A stretch of DNA of 63,916 nucleotides, counting the filler, from Folioceros fuciformis (lineage: Eukaryota), in assembly GCA_049999805.1 (NCBI GenBank). It is 15 parts of 15 records of this genome, joined end to end, with 100 filler letters (N's around TTAATTAATTAA, not from the genome) between each part and the next. Parts side by side here need not be neighbours in the genome. Positions count along the whole stretch, not along the records: positions 46,554 to 48,474 come from JBNGIO010003203.1; positions 48,575 to 54,117 come from JBNGIO010003205.1; positions 54,218 to 55,249 come from JBNGIO010003207.1; positions 55,350 to 56,901 come from JBNGIO010003208.1; 11 more parts are not named here. One strand, given 5' to 3'. The position numbers and the translations under genes are program-made. The notes beneath the pieces were generated by a model. The model saw only the letters and a program-made list of their open reading frames with translations. It was not told where the DNA came from and made no database searches. This document shows, one piece after another, positions 46,554-57,001 of this stretch (position 1 is its first letter; each line of letters starts with the position of its first letter).

Positions 46554-48474
46554 TCGTCAGGCTGAACACCGGCAGCTAACATCTCCTCAAAACAAGCTAG
46601 AGCCTTGCGACCTTCATCACAAGCACCATACCCAGCGATCAGGGCATTCCATGTCACCAAATCTTTAGCGGCCATCCTGTCAAAAACCTGGCGTGCATCT
46701 TCCAGCTCACCACATTTTGCATACATGTCCACCAGGCAGTTTCCCACCACTACATTGTCCACCAGTTCTCTCTTGACAATCTGTGAGTGAAGCTCTCTGC
46801 CCTTCTGCAAGGAACCAGTGCTTCCACACGCCTTCAGAAGGCAAGCAAAAGTAACATCATTAGCCAAAACGAGGCCAGCCTCCTCCATTTGTCCATGCAC
46901 AACAAGCGCCTCTTCGCCGAATCCTTGCTGTTCATACCCAGCAATCAGAGCTGTCCATGTAACCACATTCTTTGTGTTCATGCTGTCAAAAACCTGGCGG
47001 GCATATTCCACCTCCCCACATTTTGCATACATGTCCACCAGGCAGGTTCCCACCACTACATCATCCAGCACACCTCTGCTGACAATCTGTGAGTGGAGCT
47101 CCCTGCCCTTCTGCAAGGCACCAGTGCTTCCACACGCCTTCAGAAGGCAAGCAAAAGTAACATCATTTGCCAAAACGCAACCTGCCTCCTCCATCTGTCC
47201 ATACACAACAAGCGCCTCTTCGCCGAGTCCTTGCTGTGAATACCCACCGATCATGGCTGTCCAAGTCACCACATCCTTCGAGGCCATGCTGTCGAAAACC
47301 TGGCGGGCATATTCCAGCTCACCACATTTTGCATACATGTCCACCAGGCAGTTTCCCACCACTATATTATCCAGCAGTTCTCTCTTGCCAATCTGAGAGT
47401 GAAGCTCCCTGCCCTTCCGCAAGGCACCAGTGCTTCCACACGCCTTCAGCAGGCAAGCAAAAGTAACATCATTAGCCAAAACGAGGCCTGCCTCCTCCAT
47501 CTGTCCATACACAACAAGCGCCTCTTCGCCGAGTCCTTGCTGTGCATATCCAGCAATCAGGGCCGTCCATGTCACCACATCCTTCGAGGCCATGCTCTCA
47601 AAAACCTGGCGTGCAGATGCCAGGTCACCACATTTTGCATACATGTCCACCAGGCAGGTTCCCACCACTATATCATCCAGCAGACCTCTGTGCACAATCT
47701 GTGAGTGAAGCTCCCTGCCCTTCTGCAAGGCACCAGTGCTTGCACACGCCTTCAGAAGGCACGCAAAAGTAACATTATTCGCAGAAATGAGGCCTGCTTC
47801 CTCCATCTGCCCATACACAACAAGCGCCTCTTGGCCGAGTCCTTGCTGTGCATACCCAGCGATCATGGCTGTCCATGTCACCACATCCTTTGAGGCCATG
47901 CCGTCGAAAACCTGGCGAGCACCTTCCAGCTCACCACATTTTGCATACATGTCCACCAGGCAGTTTCCCACCACTATATTATCCAGCAGTTCTCTCTTGA
48001 CAACCTGTGAGTGAAGCTCCCTGCCCTTCTGCAAGGCACCAGTGCTTCCACACGCCTTCAGAAGGCAAGCAAAAGTAACACAGTCAGCCAATACGACGCC
48101 TGCCTGCTCCATCTGTCCATACACAACAAGTGCCTCTTCGCCGAGTCCTTGTTGTGCATACCCAGCGATCAGGGAATTCCATGTCACCACATTCTTCGTG
48201 TCCATGCTATCAAAAACCTGGCGTGCATCTTTCATTCGCCCACATTTTGCATACATGTCCACCAAGCAGCTGTTAACAAACAAGTCAGTACGGAAGCCAC
48301 TGCGCAACACGTCGCGGTGCACTGTTCTGCCAGATTCTAAGTCGACAGCAAATGCACAAGCTTGAACGGCGGCTACAAAGACATAACCATCCGCCTTCAC
48401 TTCTGACCTACGCATTTCATGGTACAGTTGTATGGCCTCCTTCGGCTTACCGTGCTTAGCATGTGCAGAGATTA
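46554..48474 (-). CDS. PLS-class PPR protein (probable organellar RNA-editing factor), partial at both ends
   Basis: Stop-free frame with about six P-L-S triplets (VVTWxAxIAGY / VTFACLLKAC / CLVDMYAKCG) ending in a P2-like motif. Confidence 0.95.
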
Positions 48475-48620
48475 NNNNNNNNNNNNNNNNNNNNNNNNNN
48501 NNNNNNNNNNNNNNNNNNTTAATTAATTAANNNNNNNNNNNNNNNNNNNNNNNNNNNNNNNNNNNNNNNNNNNNTCACAAGCGATCTGCCAGATTGAATA
48601 GATCTGCAAACGACAGAAAC

Positions 48621-49088
48621 ATGCGTCAGTCTATTCCTATAGCAAACGACGAAGACGCCAGCCCTATTCACACACCTGCTGATCTAAGACGAGAAGAAGA
48701 TCAAGAGATTGCAACCTTGTTCCCTGAAATCCTTGATGTATACAGAGTATTGAGTGACCGTCTGACCAGAACGGAGGAAATCCTGCTTAGGCTAATCGCC
48801 AGACAGGGTTTGAACTCAGTACATATGCACGTGGACCTCACAGACAGGCTTGAATCCTTCTTCACAGATACCAACGGACGTTTGGAGTTGCTGTCTCGAG
48901 ACCTGAATTATTTGCTGGAAGTTGTATGCAGCCAGAATCGCCGTGACACAACAATCTCTATTGTTCAACCTCACGTAGCATTGTATCTTCCGACTTTGGT
49001 TCCCGCTCGAGACAGATTAGATGCTGAAAAAGTGACCAACTTCGCAGCAACAGAGGTCAACAGCAAGCTCAGATCTGAATCGCCGTGA
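48621..49088 (+). CDS. Extra sense ORF upstream of gag in Copia I (155 aa, leucine-rich helical)
   Basis: Intact ATG-to-TGA frame, 248 nt before the gag ATG. Confidence 0.45.
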   Translation: MRQSIPIANDEDASPIHTPADLRREEDQEIATLFPEILDVYRVLSDRLTRTEEILLRLIARQGLNSVHMHVDLTDRLESFFTDTNGRLELLSRDLNYLLEVVCSQNRRDTTISIVQPHVALYLPTLVPARDRLDAEKVTNFAATEVNSKLRSESP

Positions 49089-49336
49089 CTTGCGACGTTT
49101 CAGCAGGAAAGGGAAGCCTGTCCCGTGACACCTGCACCAACGGTCATGCACCCTTACGGTTAGGGTACATCGTTTCATACTTACAAGTTTTTTTTAATGG
49201 GCTACTTACCTGTTTTTTTAGTTTGCCGTATAACGTTCGGCATGACGTTTCGTGCACCCCTCAAGTAGTCCTTTTTCCGCATGCTCGTTTCAGATTGTTG
49301 TTGCCTCAGTCTCAGAATCCTGCAGGCTAGACATAA

Positions 49337-52300
49337 ATGGATACTAGTCCACCTCCTCCACCACTTCCTCCTGGCTCATACAATCCTATCTTTACGTCTG
49401 ATCTGAAAGAGAAAGATAGATTCACAGGTCAGAGGTATGAAGTGTGGAAAGTACGCATGAAATCGACATTGCTAGCTAGAGGAGTTTGGGGCATTGTAGA
49501 TGGCTCAATACCTGAGCCTGACCCAAACAAAACAAAAGGAGAACAAGACAAATGGGCACATGCAAACAGCATTTCCATTGCCCTCCTTGTTGGTGGTCTG
49601 TCTGAGGATCTCATCCCTCAAATTGAGTTCCTGACAAAAGCCAGTGAGATCTGGAAGCAGTTGGAGAACCAATACCAGGTCAACAATGTCCTTACACTCT
49701 GTACCCTCAGAATGGAATTCTATGGACTAAGAATGCGGGAAGGAGACAAGGTGCTTGCTCACACCAGCAAGTTCAGACATCTCCGAGCACAACTTACCTC
49801 CATGGGTACTGTAATGGACGAAGTTGATGCTGTAGCCCAACTATTAGCCAGTCTCCCACCTAGCTATCAATCTTTTGTATCCGCCAACAATGTTCCCATC
49901 AGACAAGCAAAGGCTGCTGGTGCTGCTGGGAAATCCTCCTCACTCACCTTAGATGAGGTCATTGGTGCACTCTTCCACAAAGAGCAGAGTAGACACCTGT
50001 CAGGGTCTGGACGTTCCAAAGCTGACAGGGTGCTCACTGCTTTCCGTGGTCGAGGTGGTCAAAGAGGAAAACAGCGGATGCAACAGCCTTTTCAAGGCAG
50101 TCGATTTGACGGTCCCCGACATGATGCAGGTTCAACCTCCACAGCCAAGAAAACAGGAAACTGTAATTGGTGTGGTCACCCTGGTCACTGGGCACGGGAC
50201 TGTAGAAAGAAGAAAGCCGGCGAGCCACAGAAGGCCTCCCGTTCTGCTGCAAGTGCCACCATGAAAGAAAAACCTGGTGACACCACAAAGCCAGTGGTTA
50301 AAATCCTAACAGTTTGCCTTTCTTCCCTTACAGGTGATAAGGCAGCATGGTACTTGGATTCTGGGGCCACAGCACATATATGTAGAGATGAGTCTCTCTT
50401 TGAGTCTCTCACCCACTCTTCTAATATAGATAGAGTTTATTTGGGTGATGAGCAGAATACCACTAGCCTGCAGATACAAGGACAGGGGTCCTGCACATTC
50501 AGGCTACATGATGGTTCCCTGCTCACCTTGACAGATGTTCTCTATGTCCCTAAAATGGCAAAGAACCTCTTGTCCTTAAGCAAACTCCTACAACTCAGAC
50601 GTTTCAAGCTTACTGCTCATGACGACTTTTGCTGTTTCTCCAGAGTGACCTCACCTTCGATATGTGTTTTCAAGGCCTTACCAGAACATGATTTGTATCG
50701 TCTGGATTTCACCTGCTTGCCATACAGCAGAAACACGGCTTATGCAACAAGTGTCGGAAACCTTACGGCACAACAGCAGTCTATTTTATGGCATGCCCGG
50801 CTTGGCCATCTTAATCGCAAGACCCTGGCATCCATACATAAAAACGACTGTTACAGAGAGCCGTTGCCTACCTGCCTCAAGGAGCTTCCATTATGTGAGC
50901 CATGTGCTCTCGCAAAGCAGAAGGAGTTGCCGTTCCCTGCTGGCCCCGCACATAGGTCCACGCAATCCCTTGAACTTGTCCATGGTGATATTTCTGGCCG
51001 CCTTCAGGTTTCTTCACTTGGGGGGGCAGACTATTATTTCACCATCACTGATGACTATACCAGACTCACATGGACATTCCCCATGAAAAGGAAAAATGAG
51101 ACCTTCCCCATCTTCCAAGACTGGTTGGTTACAGTTCAGCGCCAGACCGGGTGCTTGTTAAAAATCTTTCGATCTGACAATGGCACCGAGTTCGTGAATC
51201 AGTCGTTCACAAACCTATTTTCAGAACACGGCATCATTCATCAATTAATAGTGCCGTATACCCAGCAACAGAATGGCGTTGCAGAACGTAAAAACCAGAC
51301 TTTAATGGGAATGACAAGAGCAATGTTATTGTGGTCAGGTTTACCATCACCTTATTGGGCAGAAGCTGTCGTGACAGCTACTTACATTCTGAACAGATTG
51401 CCCACAAGTTCTCTTGCTGCCAAGACTCCATATGAACTCTTCTGGAAGAGGAAACCAAGTCTTCTCCATCTCAGGGTTTTTGGCTCTAAGGCCTACGCAT
51501 ATATCCCTGTAGAGAAGAGACGCAAGTTAGATGACAGGTCAAGAAGGCTCATCTTTGTGGGTTACAGCGAAACTGTGAAGGCTTACAAGTTGATAGACCC
51601 CACAACTCTGCAACCTACTCTTGCGAGAAGCGTCACTTTTATGGAATCCTTACAGTCTGCCTCACTTACTGCAGAGTCTGTTGAGCAACATGTAGTTCCA
51701 GAGGACGTGACCAGCAATGAGGCACCCACAGGCTTACATTCCTTGTATCCCATGGATGTGGATGGCACAGTCCCTGCTGTGACAGTTGGTGATGCACAGG
51801 CAGATGCTGTTCCTCCCATTGCCGATCTGGATGTCAATCCAAATGGAACTCCAGCAGTTGCTGATGATGTTGCTAGTGATCACTTAGAAGAGCGTCCAGC
51901 ACTTACAGCAGACGATGAGTTAGTCCTAGACCCAGATCCAATGGGTTATCATGCTGCAGGCATGGATCAAGGTAATTTAGAGGAAGATGAAAATCCTTTT
52001 ATCCCGGAAGATGACTTACTTGCAGATGATGACTATCTTATGCCTGCCGCTGTTGAACCAACTTCACCTGTAGCTTTGGCACCTCCAGAAGATGATGGAC
52101 CACGTAGGTCAACCCGCTACAGGCCTCCACCTTTGGAATGGAATGAACCACGTTATCAGTCTGTTGACTTTCGCCACTCTGCAGGAGCTGTAACTTCTCC
52201 TCCACCTGTCCCACCAGAACCTGCTAACCTCACTGAAGCTTTCACAGGTCCTGACAAGGACAAATGGAAATTCGCCGTGGATGATGAGTACAACAGCCTA

Positions 52301-53437
52301 ATGAAAAATGGGACATGGAAGTTAGTCCCCAGACCAACTAACAGGAAGGCCATTACGTGTAAATGGGTCTTCAAGCATAAATTAAATGCAGATGGGAAGA
52401 TAGCCAGATATAAAGCACGACTTTGTGCTCGAGGATTCGCGCAAGTTGCAGGTCTCGACTATCAGGAGACATTCTCTCCTGTTGTTCGTGCCCAATCTCT
52501 TCGGTTACTCTTTGCCTTAGCAGCTGAATACGACCTTGAACTGCAGCAGATGGATGTATGCACTGCTTTTCTCCATGGCATTCTAGAAGAAGAACTGTAT
52601 ATGGAGCAGCCCGAAGGCTATGTTGATCCTGCACATCCGGAGCATGTGTGCCTGTTAATAAAATGCCTTTATGGCTTGAAGCAAAGTGCAGAGCGTTGGT
52701 ACAAGCGCTGTGACAAGGCACTAAAAGGACTTGGCTTTCGTCAGTGTGCAGCAGACTCAAATGTTTATGTGTTACAAAGAGGGGCAACTTACGTGATTCT
52801 TGCTCTCTACGTAGACGACGTCATTCTCGCTGCAAATGATATTGTCCTGCTGGCACAAGTGAAAGGCATGTTACAACAAACTTTTGAAATGACCGACAGT
52901 GGGGATCTTCTATTCTGCCTTGGCATACAAGTGTTGAGGGTCCGTTCAGAGGGACTATTGATAATCCATCAACACAAGTATATAGCAGAAATTCTACACA
53001 AGTTTAACATGGGCCAAGCACATTCAGCTACCACACCAGGTGCTGTGGGTGCTAAGCTAACAAGGTATGAATGTGCTACGACTGAAGCTGATCAACAGGA
53101 CATGCGTGATATTCCATATCGTCATGCTGTTGGAAGCTTAATCTTTGTTAGTAACCGAACAAGACCTGATATCCAGCACTCCGTAAGCACTGTTTCACAA
53201 TTCTTAGAACACCCAGGCCGTGCCCACTGGACGGCAGTGAAAAGAATATTTCGATACTTGAAAGGGACTCATCATATAGGCCTTTGCTATAGGAGCAGTG
53301 GTACTAGACACTTATCTCTTCAAGGATTCACCGACGCAGACTGGGCTTCAGACAGCGACTCCCGAAAAAGCCTCTCTACATACGCTTTCCTCCTGTCCCA
53401 AGTACTTCAAACCAAAGTGAGAGAGACTTACGGGTGA
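49337..53437 (+). CDS. Copia gag-pol polyprotein, 1366 aa, RNase H truncated
   Basis: CNWCGHPGHWARDC, WYLDSGA, HxxxxH..CxxC, RSDNGTEF, LYVDD and FTDADWA. Lacks STEAEY, CDN and ADxxTK. Confidence 0.95.
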   Translation: MDTSPPPPPLPPGSYNPIFTSDLKEKDRFTGQRYEVWKVRMKSTLLARGVWGIVDGSIPEPDPNKTKGEQDKWAHANSISIALLVGGLSEDLIPQIEFLTKASEIWKQLENQYQVNNVLTLCTLRMEFYGLRMREGDKVLAHTSKFRHLRAQLTSMGTVMDEVDAVAQLLASLPPSYQSFVSANNVPIRQAKAAGAAGKSSSLTLDEVIGALFHKEQSRHLSGSGRSKADRVLTAFRGRGGQRGKQRMQQPFQGSRFDGPRHDAGSTSTAKKTGNCNWCGHPGHWARDCRKKKAGEPQKASRSAASATMKEKPGDTTKPVVKILTVCLSSLTGDKAAWYLDSGATAHICRDESLFESLTHSSNIDRVYLGDEQNTTSLQIQGQGSCTFRLHDGSLLTLTDVLYVPKMAKNLLSLSKLLQLRRFKLTAHDDFCCFSRVTSPSICVFKALPEHDLYRLDFTCLPYSRNTAYATSVGNLTAQQQSILWHARLGHLNRKTLASIHKNDCYREPLPTCLKELPLCEPCALAKQKELPFPAGPAHRSTQSLELVHGDISGRLQVSSLGGADYYFTITDDYTRLTWTFPMKRKNETFPIFQDWLVTVQRQTGCLLKIFRSDNGTEFVNQSFTNLFSEHGIIHQLIVPYTQQQNGVAERKNQTLMGMTRAMLLWSGLPSPYWAEAVVTATYILNRLPTSSLAAKTPYELFWKRKPSLLHLRVFGSKAYAYIPVEKRRKLDDRSRRLIFVGYSETVKAYKLIDPTTLQPTLARSVTFMESLQSASLTAESVEQHVVPEDVTSNEAPTGLHSLYPMDVDGTVPAVTVGDAQADAVPPIADLDVNPNGTPAVADDVASDHLEERPALTADDELVLDPDPMGYHAAGMDQGNLEEDENPFIPEDDLLADDDYLMPAAVEPTSPVALAPPEDDGPRRSTRYRPPPLEWNEPRYQSVDFRHSAGAVTSPPPVPPEPANLTEAFTGPDKDKWKFAVDDEYNSLMKNGTWKLVPRPTNRKAITCKWVFKHKLNADGKIARYKARLCARGFAQVAGLDYQETFSPVVRAQSLRLLFALAAEYDLELQQMDVCTAFLHGILEEELYMEQPEGYVDPAHPEHVCLLIKCLYGLKQSAERWYKRCDKALKGLGFRQCAADSNVYVLQRGATYVILALYVDDVILAANDIVLLAQVKGMLQQTFEMTDSGDLLFCLGIQVLRVRSEGLLIIHQHKYIAEILHKFNMGQAHSATTPGAVGAKLTRYECATTEADQQDMRDIPYRHAVGSLIFVSNRTRPDIQHSVSTVSQFLEHPGRAHWTAVKRIFRYLKGTHHIGLCYRSSGTRHLSLQGFTDADWASDSDSRKSLSTYAFLLSQVLQTKVRETYG

Positions 53438-53593
53438 GGACCACGTCCTCGGATGTTGTTGTTAATCCTGTTTGTTCTCCAGTCTCTACCGACACCTGGA
53501 GTTAGGGGACAGGGAGGGTTAGACAGTAACACCAAATTCCGGCAGCAGGTGGATGAAGCTCCACGTTTTCTAACTGACCTGGATGTTGGAATA

Positions 53594-53929
53594 TCACCGC
53601 TCTCTCTCCCGCCTTTCTTTGAGCAGCTGAAGCAGCTTCTCTGCTTCGTGAAGTGGCTTGAGCAAGCTGGAGTTCTCACCTACATCTGCTGGCAAACCGC
53701 CTTCCCCTTCCATTTTCACTGGCCTGCTCCAGCACAGCTTCACATCAAGTGCAATCCTCCAACCACCAAGTGTCACACTCGAGCCCAGGACATGGCGTTC
53801 ATCCCACTCGTCAGCCTTCGGAGGCATAGGGCGCGGCGGCTGTTTCTTCTGCCTCCCTCCCTCTTTCTTGCTCTGCTCATGCACGGGGCTTGCGGCCTCT
53901 TTCCTTCCCGCTTCACGCCCGGGAGCCAT
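53594..53929 (-). CDS. Antisense gene in Copia I (111 aa, MAPGREAGRK..., basic N-terminus, C-terminal coiled coil) with predicted UTR introns
   Basis: CACCATGG start context. Introns 54073-53943 (GTAAGC..ATTCTCAG) and 53578-53496 (CAG|GTCAGT..CTAAC..TCCAG), plus donor GTAAGT at 53431. Confidence 0.5.
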   Translation of the reverse strand: MAPGREAGRKEAASPVHEQSKKEGGRQKKQPPRPMPPKADEWDERHVLGSSVTLGGWRIALDVKLCWSRPVKMEGEGGLPADVGENSSLLKPLHEAEKLLQLLKERRERER

Positions 53930-54217
53930 GGTGATCAGCAGACTGAGAATATGCACGCAAGTGTACACGACTGTGATGAAGGCAGCGTAAGCTGTCGCGA
54001 TATTCATAGCCATCCTGCCAGCTCAGGCGCACAGGGGCGCACTTGATTGTAGTTGTTGGGCGTAATCGCTTACGTCCCTCAACTTTCCGCTGCGCGCTCC
54101 TTGTGACTGTCCTTTGGNNNNNNNNNNNNNNNNNNNNNNNNNNNNNNNNNNNNNNNNNNNNTTAATTAATTAANNNNNNNNNNNNNNNNNNNNNNNNNNN
54201 NNNNNNNNNNNNNNNNN

Positions 54218-54308
54218 AAAGATGGGATGGCTTTGATTGGCATGCTGTAAAGATGGGATGGCTTTGATTGGCATGCTGTAAAGATGGGATGGCTTCGATT
54301 GGCATGTT
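54218..54308. repeat. 31-bp tandem repeat x3
   Basis: AAAGATGGGATGGCTTTGATTGGCATGCTGT. Confidence 0.9.
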
Positions 54309-55349
54309 GCTAAGAAATGCCGTTGCGGATATAGGAAAACAACCCGAGCATAGTAGAGTAGTGAAGGCTAAGTAGAGTAGAACCACTAGGTAGAGAGTCA
54401 ACCACTTGCAAAAACAAGGGATCCCATAGAGAGTAGGTCACAAATGTGAACCTAGTTTAAATGAATCACAAATGCAATGTGGTAGAGCATTGCAAAGGGG
54501 AGCGAAGGGCCATTACCAGTCCTCTATACAAGTTGTCCCATCTTTCCACAAGATGCAAGGCGATGTATGCCCGAAGAGGCCTGGGGACATGCTCGCAATC
54601 AGGACAAGGGCACCATATTTTTGGGATGCATGCGTTCTGAGTAGGAGCAAACATGGCTAGATTGAAGCGAAAATGTTGAAAGCCCAGCGCATTTGGAGGA
54701 TTCTCGTATGCTCAGGAGCGTTCCCGCCAACACTAGGCAAGTACGCTTGGAAGTGAGGTGTTTAGCTTTAGGTGGAGGTTATGCTCCGACGGAGTTACAC
54801 TCCAATGGGGTTACACCCCAAAATGGGGATACATGCTTGCATTCCTGCAGGATGTCACTCACAGTGGGCAAACACACACGCACGATCAAGCAAGGCGAAT
54901 TTCAGTGGGTGCCTCAGCATTGTGGTGTCTGGACGAGCGGGAGGATGGATGTGCCAGCATCCTCGGAGTATGATTCATTCCCGAGCTACATTGGCCATTT
55001 TGGTGGGGGAGAAGTGGTAGTGCAGAAGATGGAGTGCAAACAATGCCAAATGCAACTGAAGGTGAGTCCTCGGAGCAGGCCTGCTTGCATAGGCTCATTG
55101 AGATCAAGAAAGACCTCCACATGAGGAGGAATGGGGTCAAGCCAGTGTGGACTTGGAACTAGATAGCCCCGTTGATGAGTGGAGACTATGTGGTTGTTCC
55201 GACGTACGAGTTCAGGTCGACAGAGTTCCCAGCAGTGTGGATGAGGGGCNNNNNNNNNNNNNNNNNNNNNNNNNNNNNNNNNNNNNNNNNNNNTTAATTA
55301 ATTAANNNNNNNNNNNNNNNNNNNNNNNNNNNNNNNNNNNNNNNNNNNN

Positions 55350-56901
55350 CTCTAGAACCTCATAGCTAAGTTGTTTCCTATGCTCAAGAACCTCTTACAC
55401 ATCTTCGATGCATCAAGAAGGTTAGGTCCATTTATTTTAAAAAGACTATGAAAAATCCATCCATCCGTAATGAGGGAGATAAATCTTGATTAGACACTAG
55501 GGCTACCCCTAACCCTAATGGTGACCAATAGTAGCTAAAATATCAATGTCCAAGCTAGTAAGGAGAAAGAGTCTTCCCTACCAGTAGAGTCCTATGTCCT
55601 CCGAGCTAGTAAGGAGAAAGAGTCTTCACTACCACTAGAGTCCTAGGTCCTAGGTCCTGGCACCGTGCAAGGTCTAACTACCACTAGAGTCTCCTAGGAA
55701 GCTTCCAATCTTAGGACCTAAGAAGCTTTACAAGAAGCGCATCGGAAGCTGTGCAAGAAGCGCATCGGAAGCTGTGCAAGAAGCGCATCGGAAGCTGTGT
55801 AAGAAGCGCATCGGAAGTTGCGCAAGAAGCTTCCAAGTAGTTAGCTTAAGCTAATCTAAACTAATGGTACTTAACTAGACACTAATCTTACACTAAACAC
55901 ATTAGTCTAAGCACATTTGACTTTATTAACCCTATAAAAAGTCCAAAACATGGGACACCATGCTTAACCGTGGAGAAAAATCTAAAACGTCATGTTGGAG
56001 TGACTTCGTTTATGTAGAACCAGCCAACCGGGCAGGTGGATGGATGGGTGCATGAGTTACAATGCTTGAGCATGGAGAAAAGTCTAAAATGTTAGGCTAG
56101 AGTGATTTCTTCTATGAAGAAGCAGCCAACCTATGTACAGACAAGAAGAGGGAGGGGCTGGTGGGAGGAGGAAGAAGCAAAAGAAGGAGAAAAAATAAGT
56201 GTCCTCCTTATGCTTGTTGTTGCCTTAGTTGTCAATATGACATAACTCCTTTGGTCATGCACACCCTAGTCGAAGTCCTCTCTAGAACCTCATAGCTAAG
56301 TTGTTTCCTATGCTCAAGAACCTCTTGCACATCTTCGATGCATCAAGAAGGTTAGGTCCATTTATTTTAAAAAGACTATGAAAAATCCATCCATCCGTAA
56401 TGAGGGAGATAAATCTTGATTAGACACTAGGGCTACCCCTAACCCTAATGGCGACCAATAGTAGCTAAAATATCAGTGTCCAAGCTAGTAAGGAGAAAGA
56501 GTCTTCACTACCAGTAGAGTCCTATGTCCTCCGAGCTAGTAAGGAGAAAGAGTCTTCACTACCACTAGAGTCTTAGGTCCTCCGAGCTAGTAAGGAGAAA
56601 GAGTCTTCACTACCACTAGAGTCCTAGGTCCTCCGAGCTAGTAAGGAGAAAGAGTCTTCACTACCACTAGAGTCCTAGGTCCTAGGTCCTGGCACCGTGC
56701 AAGGTCTAACTACCACTAGAGTCTCCTAGGAAGCTTCCAATCTTAGGACCTAAGAAGCTTTACAAGAAGCGCATCGGGAGCTGTGCAAGAAGCGTATCGG
56801 AAGCTGTGCAAGAAGCGCATCGGAAGCTGTGTAAGAAGCGCATCGGAAGTTGCACAAGAAGCTTCCAAGTAATTAGCTTAAGCTAATCTAAACTAATGGT
56901 A
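55350..56901. repeat. 930-bp tandem duplication containing a family X LTR-derived segment and 51-bp and 23-bp subrepeats
   Basis: CTCTAGAACCTCATAGC at 55350 and 56280. The 51-bp unit occurs x2 versus x4 and CAAGAAGCGCATCGGAAGCTGTG occurs x4. Confidence 0.9.
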
Positions 56902-57001
56902 NNNNNNNNNNNNNNNNNNNNNNNNNNNNNNNNNNNNNNNNNNNNTTAATTAATTAANNNNNNNNNNNNNNNNNNNNNNNNNNNNNNNNNNNNNNNNNNN
57001 N

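Larger units (their letters stand above)
48575..54117 (+). mobile_element. Copia element I (LTRs lie outside the contig): 5' extra ORF, gag-pol, antisense gene
   Basis: Domain order gag-PR-INT-RT-RH in one frame. Confidence 0.92.

Noticed and set aside
46605-48365. Repeated plus-strand ORFs of about 100 aa
   Set aside because: Antisense shadows of the PPR repeats.
53453-54046. Sense 197-aa ORF after pol as an env-like gene
   Set aside because: No env-like features. Splice signals and start context favour the opposite strand, though it is not fully excluded.
54310-55249. Possible decayed coding sequence
   Set aside because: No motif I can recognise with confidence. It needs blastx.
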